Shown here one piece after another: positions 53,495 to 63,946 of a stretch of 64,000 bases of DNA. Numbering within the stretch: position 1 is the stretch's first letter; every line of letters starts with the position of its first letter. The notes under the pieces are model-generated. The model did no database searches. It was not told the DNA's origin and was given only the letters and a program-made list of their open reading frames with translations. Position numbers and translations under genes: made by a program. The DNA lies in the sequence record MK250019.1; one strand, 5' to 3'.

Positions 53495-56400
53495 TTCTCT
53501 ACCTTTATATTTTTATATTTGCTTATATCTAAATTATAATAATTTGGTAATATCTATAATATATGATTTACAATATCTTGAGAAATATGATATTTTTTAA
53601 ATAAGTATAAATCTATATTTTCAACGGTATTATTGAATATATTATCCGAAAAATTGAAATATGGTATAAATCTACATTCACCCCCTCCTAATTCACATGA
53701 ATTTTGAATTAAATATAAACATATTCTACAAAAGTATGTTTCCGTATAATTAATCAGATTAATTATAAATTGTTTATTATTAGATGGAATATAATATTTA
53801 AGAAATATATTTCCTTTAGAATCTATTTTATTTTTTATATCTTTATATAAATATGGTGTTAACATATTTCTTGAAAGAATTCCAAAATTTATATGTTTTG
53901 TATTAGAATCAGTACCATTATATCTATTTAATCTTAAAATCCACCAATTATCATCAGGATTATGTTCTACAGGTGCATTTCCAAATTCATGAACATCAGG
54001 AATTCTTTTTACATGCATCTATAAATTATCTTTTAAATATAATGGTTGAACAATAGATTTAAATTTCATAAGTAATTCATCATTTGAATAACGAGAAATT
54101 TCTTCACATTTATTATATTTCTTTCCATCGAATAATATATAACGTCTATTATGATTAATAGGATCATTTTCCTTAAACATCTAAATAGCCATTACACCAC
54201 CAATATTAGCGTCAAAAAATTCATTACCATTTATAGATTCTATATCACTATAATCCCATGTATCTACATGTTTAACAATATCTTTCTTTTGCTGCTTACC
54301 TAATAACCATGTACTAGGCTATACAGTACAAATTTCACTTCCTATTTCAAAATATTTTGCTAACATCTTATTAGCCAAATTATATGGTGGGTTACTCAAT
54401 ATAACATCAAATTTCTTTCCCTAATTCATCTTAATTATATCTTCATTTTTCATCTCAAGAAAATCCTTAACATCGTAAAAACCATTTCCGTCAATGTCAT
54501 TTATCTTCATAATTATACTTTCCGGAAGCTATAAAGTCTTTAAAATCTTTCTAATAAAATTAATAGTCAATTCACTACTTGGAACTATCTTACATTTCTT
54601 ACAAACTTCAATTCCATAATCATTATATAACTATATAAAGAATTCACATACCTTTTCATTCACCAATAAAATACTATCCGCATTCTATACATCTTCACGA
54701 CTCAACTTCTTTACCATCTTACTAGTCAAACTAACAGGCGTTATAACTTCACTCTTATCTAATTTACCTAACTTACTAATAGCATTCTATACTCTCTATA
54801 TCGCAGAAATATTCTTATCATCCAATAAACACTTCAACTGATATATCAACATATTAATCTACATTATTTCCGCATCATTCATACGGCTAATAATATCAGA
54901 TAACTCATCAACATCAATCTTAAAATCCTTAGCAATCTGTTCACACTCTGAATCACTACATACCAATTCTATATAATTCATTATATCCTCAGGAATGTTA
55001 TTCATACAGATACAACTATACAAAACAGACTTTAACATAGTCGTAAACTTCTTTTTCATAGTCTCTAATTCTGCCTTATCCTTCTTATCAGCTTTACTAA
55101 CATTTCCAGACTTTTCCTATGCTTTATCTACAGCAGAATCAAATCCCTTATCATCAACAGGTAATTCATCACTTCCTTCTTTCTGTTCTAACTTTGTCTA
55201 ATTCAATAATCCTTCAGACCATCTCTAAATATATTTCATATTATCTAAATTATCCAAAAAAGAATTAAACTATTTCAAATCAATAGAATCTTCAATACTT
55301 CTTTCACGATTATACTTAACATATTGTTTCAATAAATCATCTGCTGTAATCTCATGAATTCCATTCAATATATGCTTTCCATTAGTATCATATACACTGT
55401 CTACATATGTAGGAACCTGTTCAATACTTTTATTGATAAGCTCCTTAACTTCTTCAATATTATGTTTCTTCGCTTTATCTGCACCACACTATGAAACAGC
55501 AGAATTTACCATCATATTATACATTCGATCAACCTTAAAATCAATCAAATATACATTAGCCTTCCTACAAATTTTCTGTTTCTGTTCAACACCATTTTCA
55601 TCTGTATAAGTAGCATTACCTACATTTCTTGTACATAATCTGAATATTGCCTGATCATATTCCTATGGTGAAGCTGTATCTTTCATATAAAACATTGCAT
55701 CCCATAAAGGAACACTAACACCTGTTAAAAATCTGTTTACTGTAATAGTTAAAGATCTCTTTCCTTTATTCTCTAAACTCCATAATGCCTGATTTAATGA
55801 TGTAGAATCAGTCGCTTCAGGATCTAATTTTCTTGCATCTTTATCTTTTGCAGTTCTTCTTTCTGTCGCTACAATAATCTTTCTATATTCATCTGATTCA
55901 GGATCATCATCGATAATATTCTTATCAATTAATAACTTTTTCAACACATGACAATCATCAATATGTGGAAGAACCATTATAATATGCTTAAATATTTCAC
56001 CTTCCTTAATTCTTTTCTAATCTAAGAAACCTGGCATTTTATGATTATTCGCACCGAATATAGATTCCATTAATTCTGTAACAGCAGATTCATTTTCAAA
56101 CTTATCATTTGAATTTTTAAATAAAAATGATAATGATGTATTAATATCCTTATTTTTACTTAATACTTTTCTACATTCCTTTGTTAAATTCATACCGAAT
56201 TTAATCATATTAGGAATACCAAAATAAGGAGATTTACTTTCATCAAAATTATCATCATTAATATGCTCATCTACCCATTTATCACGCGCATCAATCATAT
56301 CAGAGAATCCAACATTAGAAATGATTTCCTTATTCTTATAAATTTCAGAAAATTCTCCGCTTGCTAATATATAATATGGTGTACCAGAACACTGTAATGT

Positions 56401-57774
56401 ATACTTATGCTTTATTTCATCAACAGCTTTAGATATACGATCAACATCTTCAGCTTCTTTCTTTGCTTCTTTTAATTCTGTACTATTAGCTTCATATTTG
56501 TTTTTTGCTAAACCTACAGCAGTTCCATATACATTTGAATGTGAACCATAATGAGTTTCATCTATAATAATCATATCTAATGGATATTCATCATTATATA
56601 AGAATTTATGTTTATCTTTAATTACATTTGCATCAAATCCTTTCTTACCGGCAAGATCCTGTAAAGTTGCAAATACAATTACAGTTTTACCTTCATCTAT
56701 ATACTGTTTTATCTTATTAGGATTTTCTTTCTTTACTTCTTCATATACACCCTTTTGGTTTTTCTTTGATATAGTTAAACTTCCATCTGACGGTAATTCA
56801 ATAAATACAAAATTATCCAAGAAATCTTCATGGTTAATATCATCTTTCCATGCAGCTCTTACATCCGCTTTCGCAGAGGTAACTAATACATATTTAATAT
56901 CAGGTGCTTCTTTAATAATTTCATAACAACAATGGGTCTTTCCAAATCTCATAACAGCACTTAACAATAAATCTGTACATCCTCTCTTCATTGCATCAAT
57001 AGCTTTGTTAATTGCATCCTGCTGTAATGGAGTATTTTCATATGTATCAGCTGCACCATATTCATGATGTGTAGTTTCCTAATGAGTTTCTAAATCATAT
57101 AGTTTACCTACATTCTTACCTTCTTTAATATCATTTTTAATTTCTGTTATAATATCAGTAATAATCTTTTCATTTAATTCTGATGATGTATCCTTTATTT
57201 TCATATCTTTATATTTCATAAAGAATTCAGATGATACATGAATATTTTCAATACCATCTTCTTTCGCTAATCTCTTAAATTCATCAAAATCAAATTTATT
57301 TGCAGGATCTTTTAAATTAGAATAACCATAACTACGTGTACGCGCATGAACATTAAAATCCATAAAGAAAACTTTATGCATTGCATTATCTAACTATGTA
57401 GCAGTCCACCATCCTATTAATTTAGCATCACTATAATACTTCTGCCATTGTTTAACACGCTATTCAGCACCCTGAACGGTATAACCGATCTTAATGGCAT
57501 TAGGCGCATATTTTGTAATAAACGCATAAATAATAGGTGTATTAGTCTGTAACAATTCTTCTTTAGAAAATGTCTGTCCTTTATGAATTTTATCCAATTC
57601 AGACTACATACCTAAATGATTCTGATAATCATTATTTAATATATCATCAGAATCATTGTCTGTATCAGATTCATCATTAGTCTAATCATTATTCTAATTT
57701 AATTCATCCTATTTCTATCTGATACTTTCATCAAAATTATTTGACATATCTTCATTTAATGATATAATATCCAT
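53491..57774 (-). CDS. 1427-aa fusion: GIY-YIG/T5orf172-like nuclease, SF2 helicase, N6-adenine MTase and TRD (Type ISP-like order; code 15)
   Basis: Five track ORFs share one frame. By manual translation there are 26 in-frame TAG and no TAA/TGA. Motifs IYAF..IKIGYT, AVMRFGKT, IIDETHYG, CSGTPY, FLTGVSVP and SNPPY. Confidence 0.9.
54143..54161 (-). repeat. inverted repeat B, right copy (inside the main gene)
   Basis: Reverse complement of 52824-52842. Confidence 0.9.
54392..54486 (-). repeat. inverted repeat A, right copy (inside the main gene, just before NPPY)
   Basis: Reverse complement of 51626-51720 with one mismatch. Confidence 0.95.
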
Positions 57775-57812
57775 ATATGTCTATATAAGTTTAACTATAT
57801 AACTCTTCATAT

Positions 57813-58280
57813 TTAAAGGAATATTTTTACAATATCACATGCTAATCCTTCTCTATCTTCAACAGAAATATAATTATAAATGATATAATTAAACATTACA
57901 CTTTTAGAGTATTCTTTCTTTTTCTTACTCTTATACATCATCAAATCATAAACCTGATTTTCATTCAGATAATCATCAATAAGCCAATCCACAACATTAT
58001 CTATATCATCTTTCTTAAGAAAAGTAACAATAATATCAAAATATGTTCCGTTAAACTCAATAGCCCTATTCGCAAATGAACTAAATCTTCCAAAATTCTT
58101 TTTCCTATAATCTTCAATAGATAAAGCTCCTTCACCTGTTAATATCCTACCTGCAACATATCTTCTAATAGCCTTACTGGAATCTTTAATAAGCTTGCAC
58201 ATCGTTGAACCATCATCATTGGTATCTATAAGTTTCTGAACCCTCTTAAAATCCTTATTCTCAACTTCTGTATAAATCAT
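57813..58280 (-). CDS. hypothetical protein with an RYVAG-type domain
   Basis: 155 aa containing KAIRRYVAGRIL. Confidence 0.65.
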   Translation of the reverse strand: MIYTEVENKDFKRVQKLIDTNDDGSTMCKLIKDSSKAIRRYVAGRILTGEGALSIEDYRKKNFGRFSSFANRAIEFNGTYFDIIVTFLKKDDIDNVVDWLIDDYLNENQVYDLMMYKSKKKKEYSKSVMFNYIIYNYISVEDREGLACDIVKIFL

Positions 58281-58429
58281 AATTATAAAATCTTTATTAG
58301 TTAAACAAAAATTAGCATATGAAAATTCATATTATTTATTAATAGAATTTTATATGTCTAATATATCATTATTTTATATAATATAATAATTAAAAAGTCA
58401 ATATATAAATAAAGAAAAATATTTTATAT

Positions 58430-59407
58430 ATGATAAAGAAACATCCAATTTTACATGGCGCATGTATTGATAATTTTCATAAATTATATAATGCAGATTT
58501 ATATGAATAGTATGGTATATTAAATTATGAAGATCCGACATTTCGTTTAAAAATTGAAGTAATTGCTACAGAAATATATAATACTACAAAAAATGCAACT
58601 AAACCATATTATAAAGAATTTTATGTAAAAAATGTATATAACTTTATATGGAAATTAAATATTGTCGTAGATTCAACATTTAATTTTTTATCAGTATTTA
58701 CTCCTGAAGTTGAATTTAAATATAATTATTAGAATCATATAGTTGAACATGCAGCAATATTTATAAATCCATTAAAATTTTATAATATAGATTCTCTTGT
58801 ATCTGCAATATTTCATGAAATAAAACATATATTTGATCATACAATAACAATTACAAATGATATTCAATAGAAAGAAGTATTATTTAGAGATTATTTGGTA
58901 CAAGAATATTAGTTATACGATAAACCAGAAATAACATTCACATCATATAATAAAAATTTAATACAAAATAATGAAAGTTCTATTATGGAATATTTTAGTT
59001 CTTTTATTGATTATGTTGCATCTTCAGAATGGACAGCATATTTAGAAAATATCGATAATAGTTATAAACATGAATTAAATAATGTTAAAAGAATAAAATT
59101 TTTAAAAGAGAAATATCCATATATACAAATTAAAAAGTTTATATATTTCAATATTCAATCAGGTAATTACTTATTAATATATTATAATATTGAAAATTAT
59201 ATTAATGATATATTAGAATTAAATTTAAATATTATAAATAAAAAATATCAGCGAAATTTTAAAGATATATATGGTGTGAATACTATACAGCAAGTATTAA
59301 AAATATATTTAAAAAGAATTCAAAAAGTAAAAATACGAGCAAAGAAAATATTTAATAATGTATATAAAAATTCATATTTAGAAAAAACAATAAAGAGTGA
59401 ATAGTAA
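58430..59407 (+). CDS. HExxH zinc-metallopeptidase-like protein, similar to 14641-15597 (code 15)
   Basis: ATG 58430 to TAA 59407 through TAG codons. IFHEIKHIFD and a downstream SSEWTAY. Confidence 0.65.
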
Positions 59408-59433
59408 CCCAAATACTATTCACTCTTTTCATA

Positions 59434-61338
59434 TTATAGTTTCTCTATAATTTTATCTCTCTCTTCTTTCGTTATTATAATAACAAATTCCTTATTAGAA
59501 CCAAAATGAGATCTGTTTGTCAATGTTTCTTTAATATATGGAACATATTTAGTAATCAAATCATCTGTCACAAATAAATATTTCTCACAATCATAATTCT
59601 TCAAACAAATATCTATCCAACCATCACAATCCCTATTAACAGACTCAACACCAGGCCAATTCTCAATATTCCCATATGGTGAACATGTCAATAAACACTG
59701 ATACTTACCTGTATTCGCACAACAATCAGCAATATCTAAATCACATGTAACATTACATAATAAATCAGAATCAATAACAGGTTTCAAAAATTCATATATT
59801 TCCTTACTTTCCTTTACACTCGATTCACATAAATCTCTACCTATATATGATTTACAACATGCTAATGTTCCTATCATTCTACCACTATATCCGGAAAACG
59901 GATCAAATATTGTATCAAACTCATTAAGATATTTCTTTATAAGATATTTTGCAAGATCAGGTTTAAAATAAGTAACTGTCTGAAACATCCTTGATGCATT
60001 CAATCCTATTCCATAAATAAAATCAGGAACATAACATTCATCAATAAAATGTTTCCTTCCTTCTGATTTATACCAATCTGCAAATTTCAATCTGTTAACA
60101 AGAAGTTTCCTAAATAATTCCTTATCTGACTTAATTTTATTCCATCCTTCATATGGTGATATACTGTTATCAATATGTGCATATATAATAGACTTATGAA
60201 ACTTCTTTATAATTTTAGAAGGTGTTCGCAAATCTCTATCTTTTGATTTAATATATTCAAATTCTTTAATACATTCTTCATCAGTAACAGGATGTACAGT
60301 AGAAGGTGGAAAATATATATCCTGAATCTTTTCAAACTCTCTGTCTAAATACTTATCAACAACTTCATTACAATGTGCTGTCGTGCAATTCGCGCTCTTA
60401 CATAAATTATCTTCTGTCTCTTCTTCACCGTTTACAATAACCGGTTTATATTTAGGTTTACTTAATAATTCAGAAATATTAGTATATTTGTTAACCGATT
60501 TCTCTTTCTCTTTCTTCTTTTCTTCAGGTTTATCTTCTTTTTTAGCCTCTTTATGTTTAGTCTCTTTAACTTTCTTTTGTTCTTTAACTGGAAATGCTTC
60601 TTGAATACTGGTTTCTACTAAATCCTGTTTTTCAATGATTTCATTTATATTATCATCAACAGTATATTTAACTAACAAAACAGGTTTATATTTAAAACGC
60701 GGTGCTTTACTGGCACAACTTGTAGAACAATATTTCGTATACAATTTTGTATTCTTTCCAATCCAAATAACAGGTTTTCCGCAAACAGGGCATTTAGGTT
60801 TCTCATAAACACCTTTCCTTATTCGCTGAACAGTCTCAAGAATAGAAGATGAATCATCAAATCTATTATTCAAATAATCTAATATAATAGGATTATCTAT
60901 AAGTTCAACATACTTGTCATATATAATATGATTAATAACAACATAATCATTCATATATTCAGAATTATCTATAGACTTCTGCCATTCCTTAAATCTATCA
61001 TCTCGATGTTCTGCAATTTTAAAACTGTCTTTATATTGTTCTCTACATAATGAATTATACTTTGACTTACATATAGATGAATCACATGTTTCTTTATAAC
61101 CGTTTCCTATTCTTCCACTCCATCTTGCTTTTTTACCACAAAACTTACATGTTACAACAGAATGCAAATCATGAATAACATAATATAACCTCTCTAATAT
61201 ATCTTCATGATGTGTTAAAAAATCTGTGAAATCATAAACTTCTTTATTTACATCTTCATTATTTTTAACTATATAAATTAACTGTCTTAAACTTATTTCT
61301 TTATTATTATATTGTTTTAAATAATCATTTAATTGCAT
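59434..61338 (-). CDS. zinc-ribbon DNA-binding modules fused to a C-terminal amino-DNA methyltransferase
   Basis: CKFCGK and CPVCGKP modules; motif I IFDPFSGYSGR; motif IV-like LTCSPYGNIE. Confidence 0.75.
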   Translation of the reverse strand: MQLNDYLKQYNNKEISLRQLIYIVKNNEDVNKEVYDFTDFLTHHEDILERLYYVIHDLHSVVTCKFCGKKARWSGRIGNGYKETCDSSICKSKYNSLCREQYKDSFKIAEHRDDRFKEWQKSIDNSEYMNDYVVINHIIYDKYVELIDNPIILDYLNNRFDDSSSILETVQRIRKGVYEKPKCPVCGKPVIWIGKNTKLYTKYCSTSCASKAPRFKYKPVLLVKYTVDDNINEIIEKQDLVETSIQEAFPVKEQKKVKETKHKEAKKEDKPEEKKKEKEKSVNKYTNISELLSKPKYKPVIVNGEEETEDNLCKSANCTTAHCNEVVDKYLDREFEKIQDIYFPPSTVHPVTDEECIKEFEYIKSKDRDLRTPSKIIKKFHKSIIYAHIDNSISPYEGWNKIKSDKELFRKLLVNRLKFADWYKSEGRKHFIDECYVPDFIYGIGLNASRMFQTVTYFKPDLAKYLIKKYLNEFDTIFDPFSGYSGRMIGTLACCKSYIGRDLCESSVKESKEIYEFLKPVIDSDLLCNVTCDLDIADCCANTGKYQCLLTCSPYGNIENWPGVESVNRDCDGWIDICLKNYDCEKYLFVTDDLITKYVPYIKETLTNRSHFGSNKEFVIIITKEERDKIIEKL

Positions 61339-61370
61339 AATAATACTTTATTATTTCTAATAATATTTAT

Positions 61371-62231
61371 ATGTTAAAAAAACTCATTTGTTTTATAATA
61401 TTAATGGATTTGTTTTCAAAGACTTTCATATTAAACATATATATAATATATGAAACAAAATTTATAAAAAATAGAGTTCTTGCATTAGATTTAAATCCAA
61501 ATTATATTGGATGGTCTATAGTTGATTGGAAATCTGAGAGTGAATTTGATGTTATTAAATCAGGTGTTTATTCAATTAAAAAATTGAATGACATAGATTT
61601 TGGTTTAAAAAATAAAGGATATAGTTCAGAATCTAATGAAAGAAAATATATTTCTGTTAAAAGAAATTATGAGACTTTACAAATTGTAAAGAATATAGTG
61701 AATAAATCTATATATTACAAATGCCAGATTATATCTATTGAAGATTTAAATATTAAATCAAGTGATAAAGAATTAGGTAAACGATTTAATAAGTTAGTAA
61801 ATAATTCATGGTGTAGAAATGCATTTGTGAATAATTTAACTAAAAGATGTAATATTCATAATATTAAATTATTGAAAGTGAAACCTGAATATTCTAGTTT
61901 TATAGGAAATTTCTTATATAGAAGTTTAAATTTACCGGATATGATATTAGCTTCAATAGAAATAGGAAGACGCGGATATGAGTTTTATAATCAATATATA
62001 AGTAAAGTAAAAGAAATTAAAAAGAATATAGTAAGACCGAATTTAAGTATATTTCAAAAGTTGTATCTTAAGTCGTTGGAAGAATTTAATTTACAGCCGA
62101 TATACAAGGATTTGATTGAATTATATTACTTCTTCAAAAAGTCGAAACTTAAATATCGACTTTCTATAGATTCATTCAATCTATAGTTTTCTAGCTTTTA
62201 TTCGAATACAAGTTTAATTGTATTTATATAA
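61371..62231 (+). mobile_element. tnpB: N-terminally truncated TnpB-like (IS200/IS605) RuvC protein
   Basis: RuvC-I LALDLNP, RuvC-II ISIEDL, VKPEYSS and RuvC-III DMILASIEIGRRG. TAG read-through extends it to 62231. No REC/WED region and no zinc finger. Confidence 0.65.
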
Positions 62232-62308
62232 ATTATAATGTTTATAATTTATTATAATAAAAGTATTTAAGGCAATTTAATAATTTATTACGATACCATG
62301 AAGATTTA

Positions 62309-63925
62309 TTGGATATATTAAAGAAGAAAACTTCTTTTTTAGATGAACATAATCCTTCTAATTCGGAACGTGTATATTGCTGGTATAATAATATAACAGA
62401 AATTCAGAAATGCCCTCATTGCGGTAAATCCAGAAAATTTCATAAATTTACATATGGATATTTTCCTACATGTGGTTCAAAAGAATGTCGTGCAAAATCC
62501 GTTGTATATGGAAATAAGTTTAATCATAATTTTGTAGAAATACAAAAGAAAATGAGAGAAACATATGCAAAAAACCATAATGGTTATACGCATAATATGC
62601 AAGATCCAGAATTTAAAAAGAAGTTTTTTGATGAGTTTAAAAAGAAACATAATGGTATATCATGTGGTGCTCAGACAGAATTAGCAAAACAAAACAGAGA
62701 GAAAACAACATTAGAAAAATATGGTTGTAAATATGCTTTATCATCTAAAGATGTAAGAGATAAAATATATGAAAAATATGGTGATGATGCAAAAATTAAA
62801 TTTGCAAAAATCGCTACTGATACACGGAAAGAAAATACATTAAATAACATTATTAAAAAGATTGAAGAATTAAATTATACATATATTTCAAATAATAATA
62901 ATTTATTTAAAATTAAATGTAATAAATGTGGACATATAAATGAAATTACAAGACAAGCAATAAACTATTACTATAGGAATAGTAATCATATATATTGTAA
63001 TAAGTGTGAATATAAAGAATTAACATATAGGAGTAATTTTGAAAAAGATGTTGTTAAAGAAATAGGAAATATTATAAAAGAAACTAACTATTCTATTATA
63101 ACAAATAAACATATTTATAATGGTAAAGAACATTTTGAAGTTGATATATTGATTCCTGAATTAAATTTAGCAATAGACTGNNNNNNNNNNNNNNNNNNNN
63201 NNNNNNNNNNNNNNNNNNNNNNNNNNNNNNNNNNNNNNNNNNNNNNNNNNNNNNNNNNNNNNNNNNNNNNNNNNNNNNNNNNNNNNNNNNNNNNNNNNNA
63301 TGATATTTATAAGAAAGACATTATATTAAGTCGTTTATCTAGTAAATTAAAATTAAATAAACATATATATGCAAGAAAATGTTTAATTAAAGAATTGACT
63401 CCTAAATTATATAGAGATTTCTGTAATGAAAATCATTTACATGGATCTGTTAATGCTTCAATAAAAGTAGGATTATTTTTTAATGATGAGTTAGTTGAAG
63501 TCGTAGGTTTAGGGAAATCTCGTAAATTAATTGGTAATAATAAAGATGAAGTTTCATATGAATTATTACGTTTATGTACAAAGAAATATATTAACGTTAT
63601 AGGTGGGTTTTCTAAATTAATGAATTATGTTATTAATAAGTTTAATATAAATTCCATATATAGTTATGCAGATTTATCATGGATAGATTTAAAAGGAACA
63701 TCATACATTAATAGTGGATTTTATATAGATAAAGTTATTGATAATGAATATTGGTGGGTTGTAAACAATATAAGAGAGAATCGATTGAATTATACAAAGA
63801 GTAAATTGGTATCATTAGGGTATGATAAGCATTTAACAGAAATTGAAATAATGCATTCTTTAAAGTATTATAGAATATTTGGTCCTGGAAATTTAAAATT
63901 TATATATAAAAAGAAAAGTCTCTAA
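62309..63925 (+). CDS. homing-endonuclease-like protein (zinc ribbon, EKYG repeats, PD-(D/E)xK, hef-like C-terminal domain); short N gap
   Basis: CPHCGK, LEKYG, EVDILIPELNLAI; C-terminal YARKC..NENHLHG..ELLRLCT..GGFSKL..SYADL. Confidence 0.75.
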   Translation: MDILKKKTSFLDEHNPSNSERVYCWYNNITEIQKCPHCGKSRKFHKFTYGYFPTCGSKECRAKSVVYGNKFNHNFVEIQKKMRETYAKNHNGYTHNMQDPEFKKKFFDEFKKKHNGISCGAQTELAKQNREKTTLEKYGCKYALSSKDVRDKIYEKYGDDAKIKFAKIATDTRKENTLNNIIKKIEELNYTYISNNNNLFKIKCNKCGHINEITRQAINYYYRNSNHIYCNKCEYKELTYRSNFEKDVVKEIGNIIKETNYSIITNKHIYNGKEHFEVDILIPELNLAIDXXXXXXXXXXXXXXXXXXXXXXXXXXXXXXXXXXXXXXXXXDIYKKDIILSRLSSKLKLNKHIYARKCLIKELTPKLYRDFCNENHLHGSVNASIKVGLFFNDELVEVVGLGKSRKLIGNNKDEVSYELLRLCTKKYINVIGGFSKLMNYVINKFNINSIYSYADLSWIDLKGTSYINSGFYIDKVIDNEYWWVVNNIRENRLNYTKSKLVSLGYDKHLTEIEIMHSLKYYRIFGPGNLKFIYKKKSL

Positions 63926-63946
63926 GAAACCAATCTTAGAGACTTT
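63915..63946. terminator. hairpin terminator
   Basis: AAAGTCTCTAAG / CTTAGAGACTTT. Confidence 0.7.

Noticed and set aside
51626-54486. Diversity-generating retroelement template/variable repeat pair
   Set aside because: The repeats are inverted, the single mismatch is not an adenine-specific substitution, and there is no reverse transcriptase gene in the window.
14600-58420. TATAAATA-like octamers upstream of several TAG-rich genes (T4 late-promoter-like)
   Set aside because: They are expected often by chance at this AT content, and I could not show enrichment or fixed spacing by eye.
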